A stretch of 64,000 nucleotides of DNA, from the NCBI GenBank assembly GCA_951406725.2, contig OX597820.1, positions 54,064,001 through 54,128,000 on the forward strand, written 5' to 3'. A program made the translations under genes and the position numbers. Below are positions 38,238 through 52,301 of this stretch, one piece after another; the stretch's first letter is position 1; each line of letters begins with the position of its first letter. The notes under the pieces were generated by a model. It did no database searches and was not told where the DNA came from. It saw only the letters and a program-made list of their open reading frames with translations. The DNA comes from Octopus vulgaris (Eukaryota).

Positions 38238-39560
38238 CTTATAAGTTAACGATATAATCATAAAAATGATAGCGTATAAAAATTATCTTATCGGTAAAAC
38301 TAATTTTTAAGTATATAATTATAAAAACATATAATTATAATTACATTTTTATAATTATATACTTTTATATATATATATATATTGTGGGGTGAGTGTGTTC
38401 GTATGTATGTAACTCCCTGCGTCTGTCTTCACCGAGACACTCTCCAAAACTGTGCTTTTTTATGTTGCAGAAATTCAACAAATGGGGTTCAAAATAATAA
38501 GAACCTTGCTATAAAATAAGTACTGGTATGTGAACGACTAATCACTTTCAGGCGGTATTCTAGCATGGCCGCAATCCAATGATTGAGACAAATAAAAAGA
38601 AGAAAAATAAGCAAAAAAATGAAAGTCACGTGTGAGAGATAACCGTAGAGGAACAGCTGTTTAAGTGCCAAAACATCGCAGAAGATAGACAAGGCGGGCT
38701 GACAGACTGTCTGAACGACCAATGAGACACTAAAGACGGACAGATTGAGAGCCCAATTTGTAATTAATACCTCTCAATTTCTTTTGCTTGACTTTGATTA
38801 AAAGATAGTCGAGTTTGAGGAAATTAGCGTTTAGTGGAACAGGGATAGGACACAGTCAGAGTGATACTAGAGCTGGTGGTGGTGGCACTGGTGGTTGTGG
38901 CGGCGGGTTGTGGTGATGGTGGTGTTGCGGGGTGATAAGATATATTGGACAGTGAAGAGAGGAGTGAAGTGTTGGTGGGGAGAAGGAGGAGTTGTCGGAC
39001 TATATCTTAATATCGTCGAACATAGAAATAGCTTTACTCAAAATGAGTAAGTCTGTCAGTATTAACTATCCACCCGTGCCCCACGTACACACATGCACAC
39101 ACATACACATACACACACAAACACACACACACAAATACACACACTCACACATACACACGCATGCATATGCTCATATGCATGCGTGAGAGTATACGTGTGT
39201 GTGCGTGTGTGCATATGTACGTATATATATACATATATATGTACATACACACATATATACATATACATGTATATTTATTCATATGTGTGTGTGTCTGTGT
39301 GTGCGTATGTATGTATGGGTGCATGTGTGTATATATACATATACATACATATATATACATATATAAAATATAACAAGATTCAGTTGAATGAGGTACTTAA
39401 AGGTGAGACACCTGGTTAAGTCGGAATAAAGGTCCTTGATTATAAAAGTCAGGTATTCATCTGAAGAAAACGTTTTTTTGCTATGATATAACGTATTCAT
39501 TGATTTATTAAAAATTCGTTTAAAACGCCTGACACTGGACATCTGTCCATCAGTTGTTAC

Positions 39561-39610
<50 letters not shown>

Positions 39611-40306
39611 ATATATATATATATATATATATATAGATAGATATTTATATATATACATACATACATACATACATGCACACACACACATATATATACACAT
39701 ATATATGGATCAAAACAATTTGATTTAGTTTCGACGGTACTCCGAGTTTCAAGCGTGATGCTAGTCTTCAGTCATTTTTAATTTGAATGTAAGAAGTTGA
39801 TCATTATTACCGTAAAGTAGGCTGAGATTTAATCGAGGAAGGTCACGTGATTTCGTGGTTTTATATTGGTGTATCGATATATCAGCGACAACAGTGAAAA
39901 TATCGCATGGGAAATACTGTTGGAAAATACCGTATGGTGAAAATGAAATCGACCGCGTGGTGGACAGGAAATCGATCGGGTTGTTGGAGCAGTAGGAAGG
40001 CGCGATATGTACAAGCATATAGTTGTATATGTGGGTATGTGAACGTGCTCATATGGTTTTGCGTGCATGTCTGTATTGATGCGATAGTGCGCATCTGTAC
40101 ACGGGCGCACACGCACCCCACGCACACACATACACACAAACATGCGCACATATGAAGGAACATGCACGCACACAAACATACATGGTTGAAGACTACCATC
40201 GCACTTGAAACTCGGAGTACCAAGATTTTGAATCGAGCTGTTTTGACTTATACATGTAACTCCCAATAAATTTGTTGAGTGCCCTTGTATCGTTTGTCCA
40301 CTCACT

Positions 40307-40380
<74 letters not shown>

Positions 40381-40439
40381 AAAACGGTAAGATAACAAAA
40401 GAAAGAAAGAGACCTCGATATTATGTAAATAGAGGAATG

Positions 40440-40791
40440 TATCTGTAAATGTAATATGTGACAATTATTCGGTAGCCAAGATAAAACTCCGAGTTTCGGA
40501 TGCCGAGGTGGAAATCCACGCCACCAACTCTTCAGTTATAGACGATCGGAAAAACGCCGTTTCGGTTTCCGTCTGCCGAATCTACTCACAAATCTCACAA
40601 AGTAGGAGACACTTGCCCAAGGTGCCACGCAGCAAGACTAAATCCGATACCGTGTGGTTGGGAAGCATAGCCACGCCTATATATATATAGGATAACTGAA
40701 GAGATGGTGGCGTGGATTTCCACCTCGGCATCCGAAACTCGGAGTTTTATCTTGGCTACCGAATAATTGTCACATATTACATTTACAGATA
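40440..40791. repeat. ~100-bp near-perfect inverted repeat (40440-40539 / 40692-40791), Penelope-like terminal repeat
   Basis: Arms are reverse complements with about one mismatch; the spacer is a SINE family 2 fragment. Confidence 0.85.
40689..40753 (+). ncRNA. Type I hammerhead ribozyme-like motif (inverted copy ~40478-40540)
   Basis: GATAA-CTGAAGA-[GATG...CATCC]-GAAA-CTC-G-GAG-TT-TTATC: core CUGANGA/GAAA, stem I GATAA/TTATC, near-palindromic stem III; stem II register imperfect. Confidence 0.6.
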
Positions 40792-40807
40792 TATATACTC
40801 TTTTCTC

Positions 40808-41190
40808 TCTTTTACTTGTTTCAGTCATTTGACTGCGGCCATGCTGGAGCACCGCCTTTAGTCGAGCAAATCGACCCCGGGACTTATTCTTTGTAAGCCC
40901 AGTACTTATTCTATCGGTTTTCTTTTGCCGAACCGCTAAGTGACGGGGACGTAAACACACCAGCATCGGTTGTCAAGCAATGCTAGGGGGACAAACACAG
41001 ACACACAAACACATATATACACATATATACGACAGGCTTCTTTCAGTTTCCGTCTACCAAATCCACTCACACGGCATTGGTCGGCCCAGGGCTATAGCAG
41101 AAGACACTTGCCCAAGATGCCACGCAGCTGGACTGAACCCGAAACCATGTGGTTGGTTAGCAAGCTACTTACCACACAGCCACTCCTGAC
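40808..41190 (-). mobile_element. tRNA-derived SINE family 2, near full length (other copies e.g. 48850-49290 on +)
   Basis: Head ggagtggctgtgtggtaagtagcttgc...ggtttcgggttcagtcc, internal microsatellite, tail ...ggtgctccagcatggccgcagtcaaatgactgaaacaagtaaaag. Confidence 0.8.
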
Positions 41191-41355
41191 CCTATATATA
41201 TATATATACGGCGGGCTTCTTTCAGTTTCCGTCTACCAAATCCACTTACAAGGGTTTGATCGACTTGAGGCTGTTGTAGAAGACACTTGCCCAAAATGTC
41301 ACGCAGTGGGACTGAATCCTGAACCATGTGGTTGGGAGCAAACGTCTTACCACAC

Positions 41356-41398
<43 letters not shown>

Positions 41399-41418
41399 AA
41401 ACACATATATATAGGCGT

Positions 41419-41499
<81 letters not shown>

Positions 41500-41845
41500 C
41501 GTGGCTATGCTTCCCAACCACATGGTATCGGTTTTAGTCTTGCTGACTGGCACCTTGGGCAAGTGTCTCTTACTTTGTGAGATTTGTGAGTAGATTTGAC
41601 AGACGGAAACTAAAAGAAGCCCGTCGAATGCGTACGTGTGTGTGAGAGAGAGATAGTCTGAACCCACCACCAACGACAACAACAAAAACAACAACCCACC
41701 TTGATTTGTTTATGTCCACGTAATTCAGCAGTTCAGCATAAGAACCCTATAAAATAAGTACCAGCTTTAAAAAGTACAGGGTTCGATTCTTTCGACAAAA
41801 TCTCTCGAAGGTGGTGCCCTAGCCTGACCGCAGTCCAATGACTGA

Positions 41846-42145
41846 GTGTTTCAGTTGATCCGATCAACCGAATAACTCAGCAGACACGTATATCACTCCG
41901 CAGGCACGTATATCACTACGCAGACATGTATATCTTCAACTTGTTTCTCAGGGAGATTCAGCGGGACACAGAATGTGACAAGGCTGGCCCCTTTGAAATA
42001 CAGATACAACTCATTTTTACCAGTTGAATGGGCTGGTGCAACGAGAAATACAGTGTCTTGCTCAAGGACACAAAACGCCGCCAGGAATCGAACACACCAC
42101 CTAACAATCATATGGTGAATATCCTAACCCCTAAACCACGCGCTT
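41846..42145 (-). mobile_element. tRNA-derived SINE, family 3
   Basis: Minus strand begins gcgcgtggtttaggggttaggat (A box)...gtgttcgattcctgg (B box), then gtgtccttgagcaagacac. Confidence 0.6.
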
Positions 42146-42683
42146 TCACTGAAATATTAGATTAGACCTCCAGAGAAAAGCATATTCATAAGCTTGCATA
42201 ACAGATGTTACTGTAACTGAGAGGATAACGATTCTGACTCATCTGGAGTCATCTGAAGACCATCTGAGTCATCTGGAGATCAGAATCACCTCACCACCAC
42301 TGAATGGTTCCATTCAATAATTTTTTTTAAAACTTTTACTTGTTTCAGGCATTAGACCATGGTCATGCTGCAGCACTGCCTTGAAACATTACTTTTAGTC
42401 GAATGAAGCGACCCCACTACCATTTTTCTTTAAAGTCTGGTACTTATTTTATATCGTTCTGTTTTGCTGAGCCTCTAAGTTACGTGGACGTAACACACCC
42501 GCACACCAGTGTGCGTGTGTATATATGTGTATGTGTATATGTATGTATATGAGTGTAAGACTTTGTCCGGTGCATAAGTGCGACTTTCATGCACACGTCT
42601 CCTTCATTTACACGGATATGCATATGTTTGTATATGTGCGAGTGTAGGTGTGTGATATTTAGGTCTCTCTCTCTCTCTCTTTT

Positions 42684-42773
<90 letters not shown>

Positions 42774-43169
42774 TGTGTGTGTGTGTGAGCATATATACGG
42801 CAAGAAAAAATGGAGGGATACAGAAATAGTATACATCACCTGTTAGACATGATATTATGTCTATTTATTTATTTTAAACAATTATGGGAATATATATACA
42901 TATGTAAAGACGACTGTATTACATACATAAGTACCTGTAATTCCTAGAATAGAATAAGAAAAAGAACAGTTTTTTACACCCGTTTCTGACAAGGGGTCAC
43001 AATACCCCACATGTTATTTCCATCTCTCCCGAGTTCTATAGTAATCGCTAGATAAAATTAGGATATTGGGTGTGCCTTTAGGCTTCATCAGAGAGTTTAA
43101 AAGAGGGTCTAAGAAGTTCAGAGCGTTAATGTATGTATATATAAAAATACATATATACACTCATATATA

Positions 43170-43769
43170 TATTGTTTTTTGCCTTTTATATTCGTCCTTT
43201 TTGCTGTCCCGGTGTTCGTATGCATTCGATCCTTCTTCCAGGAAATCTACGCTCCCAGCTTAGTTTTTCTAATGCTCGTTGCTTAGTTTTTCTTGGAGGG
43301 CTGGCCGTGATCTAGTAATCTCAAGATTAATCAGCCGAAATTACTACGATGATCCGGTTCTTGACTGAAGACTGAGGGTTTCGAATGTCCTGTCCGTGTT
43401 TATTGTATCGTCTTCTAAGAGTTATACGTTCTTGTCCATGTTGTATTTTTCTACATACCTTAATATATATTCCAGGCGCTACGTACCCTCTTAACATTAA
43501 TGTGAGCACATATTCTTAAAAATTGGTACGACTCTCTGTTTGTCTCTCTCTCTCTCTCACTTTTACTTGATCTGTCCCCTTCTCTCTCTTTTCTCTCTAC
43601 TCATCCTCTTTTTCTCTTCTCTTTCCTCTGATTCTTTGGTCTACTCTTCCCCTACCCTTCCAATTCTTTGTCTCGCTTTGCACTCACAGGTCAATCTTCA
43701 ACACCCATCCCTTCTCCTCTCTGATTCCTTCTTTCTCTCTCTTCTCTCCCCTTGTTGCGTTTGTCCCTC

Positions 43770-43800
<31 letters not shown>

Positions 43801-44336
43801 TCCTTCCTTTGCTTCTCTTTCTTTTCTTTTCTCTCTTCTCTGTCACGTGACCGCTGGCCGAAATCTGCCTCTCAGCTTCCCACCAGCGACGTGTTAACAT
43901 CGTTGTTTTTCGTCCGCCGCCAAGGCATCGCCGATAAGGCTCCTTTCCAAAATGCGCCAGAGAAAATTTGTTTGCTTGTTATCAGTCGTAAGACACTTGT
44001 TGTTTTCACCGTTAATGCTTCTGTATTTCATGTTTCTGTATTCCATTATTGTTTTTTGCCTTTTATATTCGTCCTTTTTGCTGTCCCGGTGTTCGTATGC
44101 ATTCGATCCTTCTTCCAGGAAATCTACGATCCCAGCTTAGTTTTTCTAATGCTCGTTGCTTAGTTTTTCTTGGAGGGCTGGCCGTGATCTAGTAATCTCA
44201 AGATTAATCAGCCGAAATTACTACGATGATACGGTTCTTGACTGAAGACTGAGGGTTTCGAATGTCCTGTCCGTGTTTATTGTATCGTCTTCTAAGAGTT
44301 ATACGTTCTTGTCCATGTTGTATTTTTCTACATACC

Positions 44337-44346
<10 letters not shown>
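43170..44346 (+). repeat. Pair of ~300-bp near-identical direct repeats (43170-43469 / 44047-44346) around a CT-rich core; non-autonomous LTR- or Penelope-like element
   Basis: Offset 877 bp, very few differences, both ends abut (TA)n. Confidence 0.75.
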
Positions 44347-44389
<43 letters not shown>

Positions 44390-44529
44390 GTTCACATATA
44401 CAGAAGAATCAGTTACTAGAGATACAGTACAATATTCCTATTAGAGAGTGTATAAGAAGAGAAATAATAAGAGTAGAATAGAAGTAAGCAATATATGTAT
44501 ATGCGAGTATGCGGGAGTGTGAATGTATG

Positions 44530-44605
<76 letters not shown>

Positions 44606-45284
44606 TGTATATATATACGTATATTATATGTATAAATGTCTAAATATATATGTATTATGTTACGTGTATGCATGTAAATACCTATGTGTATATGAGGATG
44701 AGGTTGCGTACATATACACATGTGTGCGTGTGTGTGTGGATATGTGTGTGTGTATGTGCAAGCACGTATACATGTTTGTGTGAGTGTGTACGTATGTAGA
44801 CATTGTGAACGCAGGAAGTTTACGTCTATGTATTGTGAGAAAATGGTTGCGTGTTTTTTTAATCTTTTTTCTTTTACTTTTTCTCCCTATTAGAGAAACT
44901 TCAGAAATATTAAATTTCTAAATATCTCATAGAGATATGTACGGTGGTGGAGCGATAGAGTTGTTGAATACTGTCATCTTAACCTGACAGTCCTGTAAGG
45001 GAATTTCACCACCGCTGTTTAGCCCTAGGATCGATGCTTCCTGTCGGCCTTGACACATTTCCTGTGTTCTTATATATTTACGGGGGTATTTGTCTCCCCT
45101 TCGTAAATATATAAGGACACAGAGAAACTTCCCTTTTATTCAACGGTTTTTCATAGTGTCTGTTGCCATTAATAGCCGACGAGAATGCATCGTAGCTCTT
45201 CGCTCCGACATTCGAAACACCGAATACTATAATGACAATTTTTTACTATTTGTTCTAAATTACACACACACACACATATACATA

Positions 45285-45315
<31 letters not shown>

Positions 45316-45509
45316 ATGCATGTATGTATGTATGTATGTATGTATGTATGTATGTATGTATGTATGTATGTATGTATATGACTTCCGGTCACTTCAGCAA
45401 TGTAACTACACGTGTGCCGTTGGCGATTTCTCTTCTTTTTGATCTTTCTCTTCTACCTTTCCGAAGAAGAGCTCTGCGTGAAACGTCAAACTCTCTCCTT
45501 TCACTTTTT

Positions 45510-46170
45510 TTTATAAACACCAAAGTTGACATGGCCCGCAGAATGTGCTCTTGGATTCTCAGAACTTTCCAGTCCAGAGATACCCACACCATTATCCTTC
45601 TCTTCTCTACTTTTCCCGACCCTACCTTGAATATTGTTCTCCACTGTGGTCTGAAAATTGAAGCACCTCAAAGGTCAATTACAAAACAGATAGATGACAT
45701 GACAGGCCTTGACTATTAGGGTCGACTAGAAAAGCTGAAGCTTTATTCTGGCCAACGTCTCCGTGAGTGTTACATCATTTGCATATTGTGGAAAATATTC
45801 CATCAGCATTGCCCAGATGATGTTGGTATCATCTTTAATATATACTCAAGACTTGGACCCCGTGCTATCTGCCCACAACAAAAATCATACTCGCATCACA
45901 TAACAACAATATGGCACAATTATTTCACCTCAATTGGCCCCGCTCTCTTTAACATTACACCATAACGCATTAAAGCAGAAACAGACCCCATAAAGTTCAA
46001 GAAGTCTTTCGACAAATTCCTTCAAAAATTCCCGGATAAACCTCCTACACCAGGATGTCTCCATAAACAATTACTCTCTCCTGGAGTGGGCCATGTTGTC
46101 CGATTCTTGATTTGAATGTCTTTGCCAGGTGGTGCTATTAAGTTAGACATGGCCTGGGCCATGTCTAATG
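45510..46170 (+). mobile_element. CR1-like LINE ORF2 3' fragment, decayed
   Basis: Translation ...KIEAPQRSITKQIDDMTGLDY*GRLEKLKLYSGQRLRECYIICILWKI...GPALFN...FKKSFDKFL matches the post-RT region of CR1-group LINEs. Confidence 0.75.
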
Positions 46171-46326
46171 GCCCCAGGCTATTAAAGTATCAAAGTATAA
46201 AGTATCACTTAACGTCAAGTTAATATATTTCTTGTACACGCGTTTGTTTTTTTTATTTGAATTTTTTTTTATTTTGAATGGTTTGTTTATTCGAATATAC
46301 ATATATTTGAATACACACACACACAC

Positions 46327-46386
<60 letters not shown>

Positions 46387-46703
46387 GTATGGCTTCTTTC
46401 TGTTTCCGTGTACTAAATCCAAACACAAGGTTTTGGTCGACCCAAGACTATAGTAGAAGACACTTGCCAGAGCCATGCGGTTAGGAAGCAGACTTCTTAC
46501 CACAAAGCCATGCCTGCGCCTATTTTTAATCAGGCTGGATTTAGATGTTTTTTCCTTTGGTTTCTGGTCAAGGATTGTCACTAACGTTCCTGACTACTCG
46601 TTTCTCAAGATCGGGCTGGCGAACGGTTTAGGGGAAATGCTGTAATCACAGTTGCTTAAACATGGAAACCAGATAACTGGGTGTTAGAACTCGAGTCAGT
46701 ACT

Positions 46704-46747
<44 letters not shown>

Positions 46748-46823
46748 ACACATACACCCATACACAAACGTACGTACACACACATACACGCGCGCACATA
46801 CATACGGATGTATATATATATAG

Positions 46824-46892
<69 letters not shown>

Positions 46893-46902
46893 CGTATGTA
46901 TA

Positions 46903-47123
46903 TGGCAGAAACGTTAGCACGCCGGGCGAAATGCGTAGCCGTATTTCGTCTGCCGTTACGTTCTGAGTTCAAATTCCGCCGAGGTCGACTTTGCCTTTCA
47001 TCCTTTCGGGGTCGATAAATTAAGCACCAGTTACGCACTGGGGTCGATGTAATCGACTTAATCCGTTTGTCTGTCCTTGTTTGTCCCCTCTGTGTTTAGC
47101 CCCTTGTGGGTAGTAAAGAAATA
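46903..47123 (+). mobile_element. SINE family 1, clean monomer inserted in TA-rich microsatellite
   Basis: Complete module from ggcagaaacgttagcacgcc to tgtgtttagccccttgtgggtagtaaagaaata. Confidence 0.85.
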
Positions 47124-48164
47124 TGTATATATATATATACATACACAAGCCACGAGGTTCCGCCCAGTGTCCAGCTCCCAAAAAGGTACTGAGCAACTCG
47201 ACACGAGGTACGTGTCCGTGGTTCCACGCAATGGAATCTAACATGGAACCGTATGATATGAAGTTGATTTCTTAAGCGTACCCTCATATCTGCGACATAA
47301 TGTGATTGATGTAACACATGCCATATATTGAGAGTAAATATGAGCTGGTCGCAGCCTCAATTCATGCAGTACTCACACTCGATTCTCTCTGTTTGTCTCC
47401 GTCTCTCACACACACACTCTCCTTCTCTCTCTCTATCACACACACTCTCTCTCTCCTCCTCCTCTCTCTCTCTCTTTATCACACACACACACACACTCTC
47501 TCTCCTCCTCCTCCTCTCTCTATCATACTCACATACACTTTCTGTTCTTCATACACTTTCTCTTCCCCTCTCCCTTTCTTTAGGCATCTAATCTAAATCT
47601 TTCCTTTAATAAGAATTCGTTTTGCGTTGTAAATCATTTGCAAAAGATAAACAACGTCGATGATAACGGTGATAACGGTGATAACAAGATCTGTCTAGTG
47701 AGAAACATGTGTCAATGAAAGTCAGAAGGACAGTTTCAAATGATTCTAGAATTGGAGTAGGTGCAGGAAGGGCGAGAATAATACGTAAAAGAGAAGTCAG
47801 GAGGAGGAGGTGATGGAGGGAGTGATAGTCTTGGAAGAGAAGACATGATGTTACACACATACACACAGACTCACACACACACACACACATATATATGTAT
47901 GTGTGTAGGTAGGTATATATGTATACTTTTACGTACACGTCATACGTGCGTGTACGAGTGCGTGTATGGAAGACAGTGGAAGGGGATGTGTAATGATTAG
48001 AAAATTGATTGAAACTCAATATGAAGGGGGTCGTCCGCTTTAATGAAACATGGAGACACACTTCTGCCCACCTCCCATAATGAAAAACAACAGGATAAGG
48101 AAGATACGAAGATAGCAATGGGAGTAACATGTTGTGGGTAATAGTTATTGCTGGATGTATTACT

Positions 48165-48381
<217 letters not shown>

Positions 48382-49004
48382 GACGATGACGACGGCGGCA
48401 GCAGCGGTGACGGCGACGACAACAGTGTTGGTTTGTTGGCACACCCGTAACATAGTGGTTCGGCAAAGGTAACCGATAAAGTACCGGGCTTTAAAGAAAC
48501 ATATCCTGGAGTCGATTTGCTCGACCAAACCTTTTAAGGCCGCGCCCTAGCATGGCTGCAGTGCAATGACCTAAGCAAGCGAAACATAAAGGGTAGGAGA
48601 TATGTGGGTACAGAACGGTAATAAGAAATTGGAATGACAAAAGAATAAAGAATTATGTTATGGACTACATTAGCTTAAGTATATATTCCCAGATAAATTG
48701 GTCTTCATGTTTGAGGTTCCGATGAAGCTATGGTATGATAGTCAAGCACTCAACTATGAGTGCGTTGCACCTTATAGCAGAAACAACTGCAAGCTAATGA
48801 AGTCCACAACATAGTTGTTTATTTCTTTGTCATCCCAATTTTTAATATAGCCGTAGCTGTGTGGTAAAAAGCTTGCTTCCCAACCACATGGTTCCTGGTT
48901 CAGTCTTACTGCGTGGCACCTTGGGCAAGTGTCTTCTACTATAGCCTCGGGCCGACCAAAGCCGCGTGAGTGGATTTGGTAGACGGAAACTGAAAGAAGC
49001 CCAC

Positions 49005-49049
<45 letters not shown>

Positions 49050-52000
49050 TATGTGTGTGTGCATCTTTGTCTTTATGCTTGCCCCCCCCACACACACACA
49101 CACACCATCGTTTGATGTTGGCGTGTTTATGCCCTCGTAAATTAGCGGTTCAGTGAAAGAGACCGATAAAATAAGGACTAAGCTTACAAAGAATAAGTCC
49201 TGGAGTCTATTTCTTCGACTGAAACACCCTTTAACGCGGTGCTCCAGCATGGCCGCAATCAAATGATTGAAACAAGTTAAAGAATAAAAGAATACATCGA
49301 TTTGACATATGAACACTCAGTTGCTCGATCAACTGGACGACTTGCTCATGTGTTAACGAACGAAGTGGCTGGATATCCCACGGGCTTGTGTACTCTTAGC
49401 GTAATTCTCTGGTAAAATCAAGGTACACAAATGTGACAATGTTAAACCTTTGAATTGAAGGTGCATTCCCTCCGACACGCTCTTATACAATTTCTGTTCA
49501 CCCAAATTCACTCGCAATGTTTGGGTCGTCCCTAGAATGGTATATGCACTTGCCTGAGATGCCATGCAAAGGGATCGAAACCAGGACTTTACAGTTGCAA
49601 ACTGAACTTCTGAACTAAAGAATGGTAATAATTCTTTCTACTATAAGTACTAGGCCTAGAATTTGTGAGGAGGGTATAGCTGGTTACCTTGACCCCTATA
49701 CTTAACCGGTACTTCATTTATCAACCCCGAAAATATGTAAGGCAAAGTCGACCTCGGCGGAATTTTAACGTAACGACATACGAAATGCCGTTAAGAATTT
49801 CGCCCGGCGTGTTAATGCTTATACCAGCTCGCCGACTTAGCGGATTGTAATAATGAATTGTCATTGTGGTTAAAACGAATAGACTCCAGGAAACAAAATA
49901 TCGTAGATATTCAGGTAAATATATAATTATGTTAAATATGTCACCACCCATACACAAGAACATATTTCTAACACTAGCAAGAAACTTGAGCAGAAAATAA
50001 AAATGGGAGATTTTACGAAATGACTCGAGTGTGTTAGAAACACATATACGTCATAATGGAGAACTTGTTCTCTTGTGAAGAAACAACAGTGATTAACGTA
50101 TTCACGTGCTCGATCGGCTTGTTAAAATAACAGCCAAATCTCACTCACATTTTTAATGATGGAACAACAAATTGATACATTATTGATCCAGATACAAAGT
50201 ATCAGAAATTAAGACGTGAGTGTTCATGAATGAATATATTTTGAACATATGTCTGATGAATCAGGTTAGTTACAGAGCAAAACAATTCTGCGCTTATTTT
50301 TTGATAAATACGAAATAGACATAAAAATTATTACAAAACAACACGAATATTGATTTTAGATTTTGGCACGAAGCCAGCAATTTCGGGGAGGGGGTAAGTC
50401 GATTGCATCTACCCCAGTGTTTAACTAGTAGTTATTTTATCGACCCCGAAATGATGAAAGGTAGTGTCGACCTCGGCGGAATTTGAATTCAGAAAATAGA
50501 GACGGACGAAATGCTTATTTCTTTACTACTCACAAGGGGCTAAACACAGTGAGGACAAACAAGGACAGACAAACGGATTAATTCGATTATATCGACCCCA
50601 GTGCGTAACAGGTTCTTATTTAATCGACTCCGAAAAGATTAAGTCAAAGCCGACCTTGGCGGAATTTGAACTCAGAACGTAGCGGCAGACGAAATACCGG
50701 TAAGCATTTCGCCCGGTGTGCTAACGATTCTGCCAGCTCCCCACCTTGGCAACAACAACAACAATATTAAAAACTAAAAATGCGAAACTTTGCAGAGAAT
50801 TACTCGAGTGTGTTATGGACACATTCTTCTCGTATCGGGGAAGTTGTCCTTTCTTGACGAAACGCATCAGCGATTAGCATACTCACGTTCGAATCTGCTG
50901 GAATATATTAAGAATAAATACACAAGTCACTGTTTTGATTCTTGCTGTTTGCCGTGTATATGATTATATATTATCGATTGGAATATATGAGCATATATCA
51001 AGAAAGAATTTGTTTGCTGATGTAATAAACAAAAACTTCGAGCGCATGTTAGATTTATTAGTCAGGGACCCTTTGGCCGAAAAGACACAACGATATCGAA
51101 ACACTGAATATCCCATAGTCCCTTGTGCTAATGGAACGGGTATGCTGTGAACACGTCTTTGTCGTAAAGGAGAAACTGTTTTCTTGTGATGAAACACGAC
51201 ATCGATTAGTATATTCATGTTCGAATATGCCGGAATGTATTAAGAATGAATATGTAAGCCATCATTTCTATTCTCGCAGTTCACTGAACATATGACGTTA
51301 TATTTTAAAAACTTGTCGCTAATATACAGACCGGGGAAGTGTAGAAATTTATATCGGAAAACAACAGACTGAACAGAAAATATCGAGAGATTAGTTTATG
51401 TCTTTTGATCGGCAAAACACTTTCACGAATATGATCAAATAATCAAAATTAATATTTTCTTTCAATTATAGGCATAAGACCTGAACATGGGGGAGATGGG
51501 TACTAGTAGATTACATCGACTCCAGTACTCAAATGGTACTTAAGGAACTCAAAAATGTAAAGTTGGAGAAATGTCACAAAGCATTTTTTTTTTTCGTCTA
51601 GCGTCATAACGATTCTACCAGCTCACCGCCTTAACTGCAGTTAATGACGCTTTCAAGTTTTGGCACACGACCAGCAAATTTAGGGGAGGGGGTTTAAATC
51701 AATTACATTGATCCCTATGTTCAACTGGTACTTATTTCATTTACCCGAAAGGATGAAAAGCAAGGTCGCCTTCGGCAGAATTTGAACACTGAACGGAAAG
51801 ACGGACAAAATGCCGCTAATTATTTTGCCCGGCGAGCTGGCAAAATCGTTAGCGCGCCGGGTAAAATGCTGTCTGTCTTTACGTTCTGAGTTCAAATTTC
51901 GTCCGACTCGACTTTGCCTTTCATCCCTTTCGTGTTCGATAAAATAAGTTCCAGTTGAGCACTGGGGTTGATATAAACGACTTATTCCCTACCTGAACTT

Positions 52001-52301
52001 ACTGGCCTTGTGCCAAAATTTGAGACCAATATTACAAAACGATTTAAAACCAAAGCGAGAGAGAGAGTGAACGGAGGAGAACGAAAGACAGAAAGGAATA
52101 AAGAAAGAGAGTCAGGAAGAAAGACGGGGAAAGATATGAAAAACAGATGGAGACTGAGTAGAAAGGTTTTATCAATTAACTAGCAGCATAGCCCGGCGTT
52201 GCCCGGGTATGTAAGAGCCCCTAGTAGGCAACGACTAATCCCAATGTAGTCCTTTCCCTCCAGGGAACGAAGGTGCATGTGGACATTGCAATGTCTTGTC
52301 T

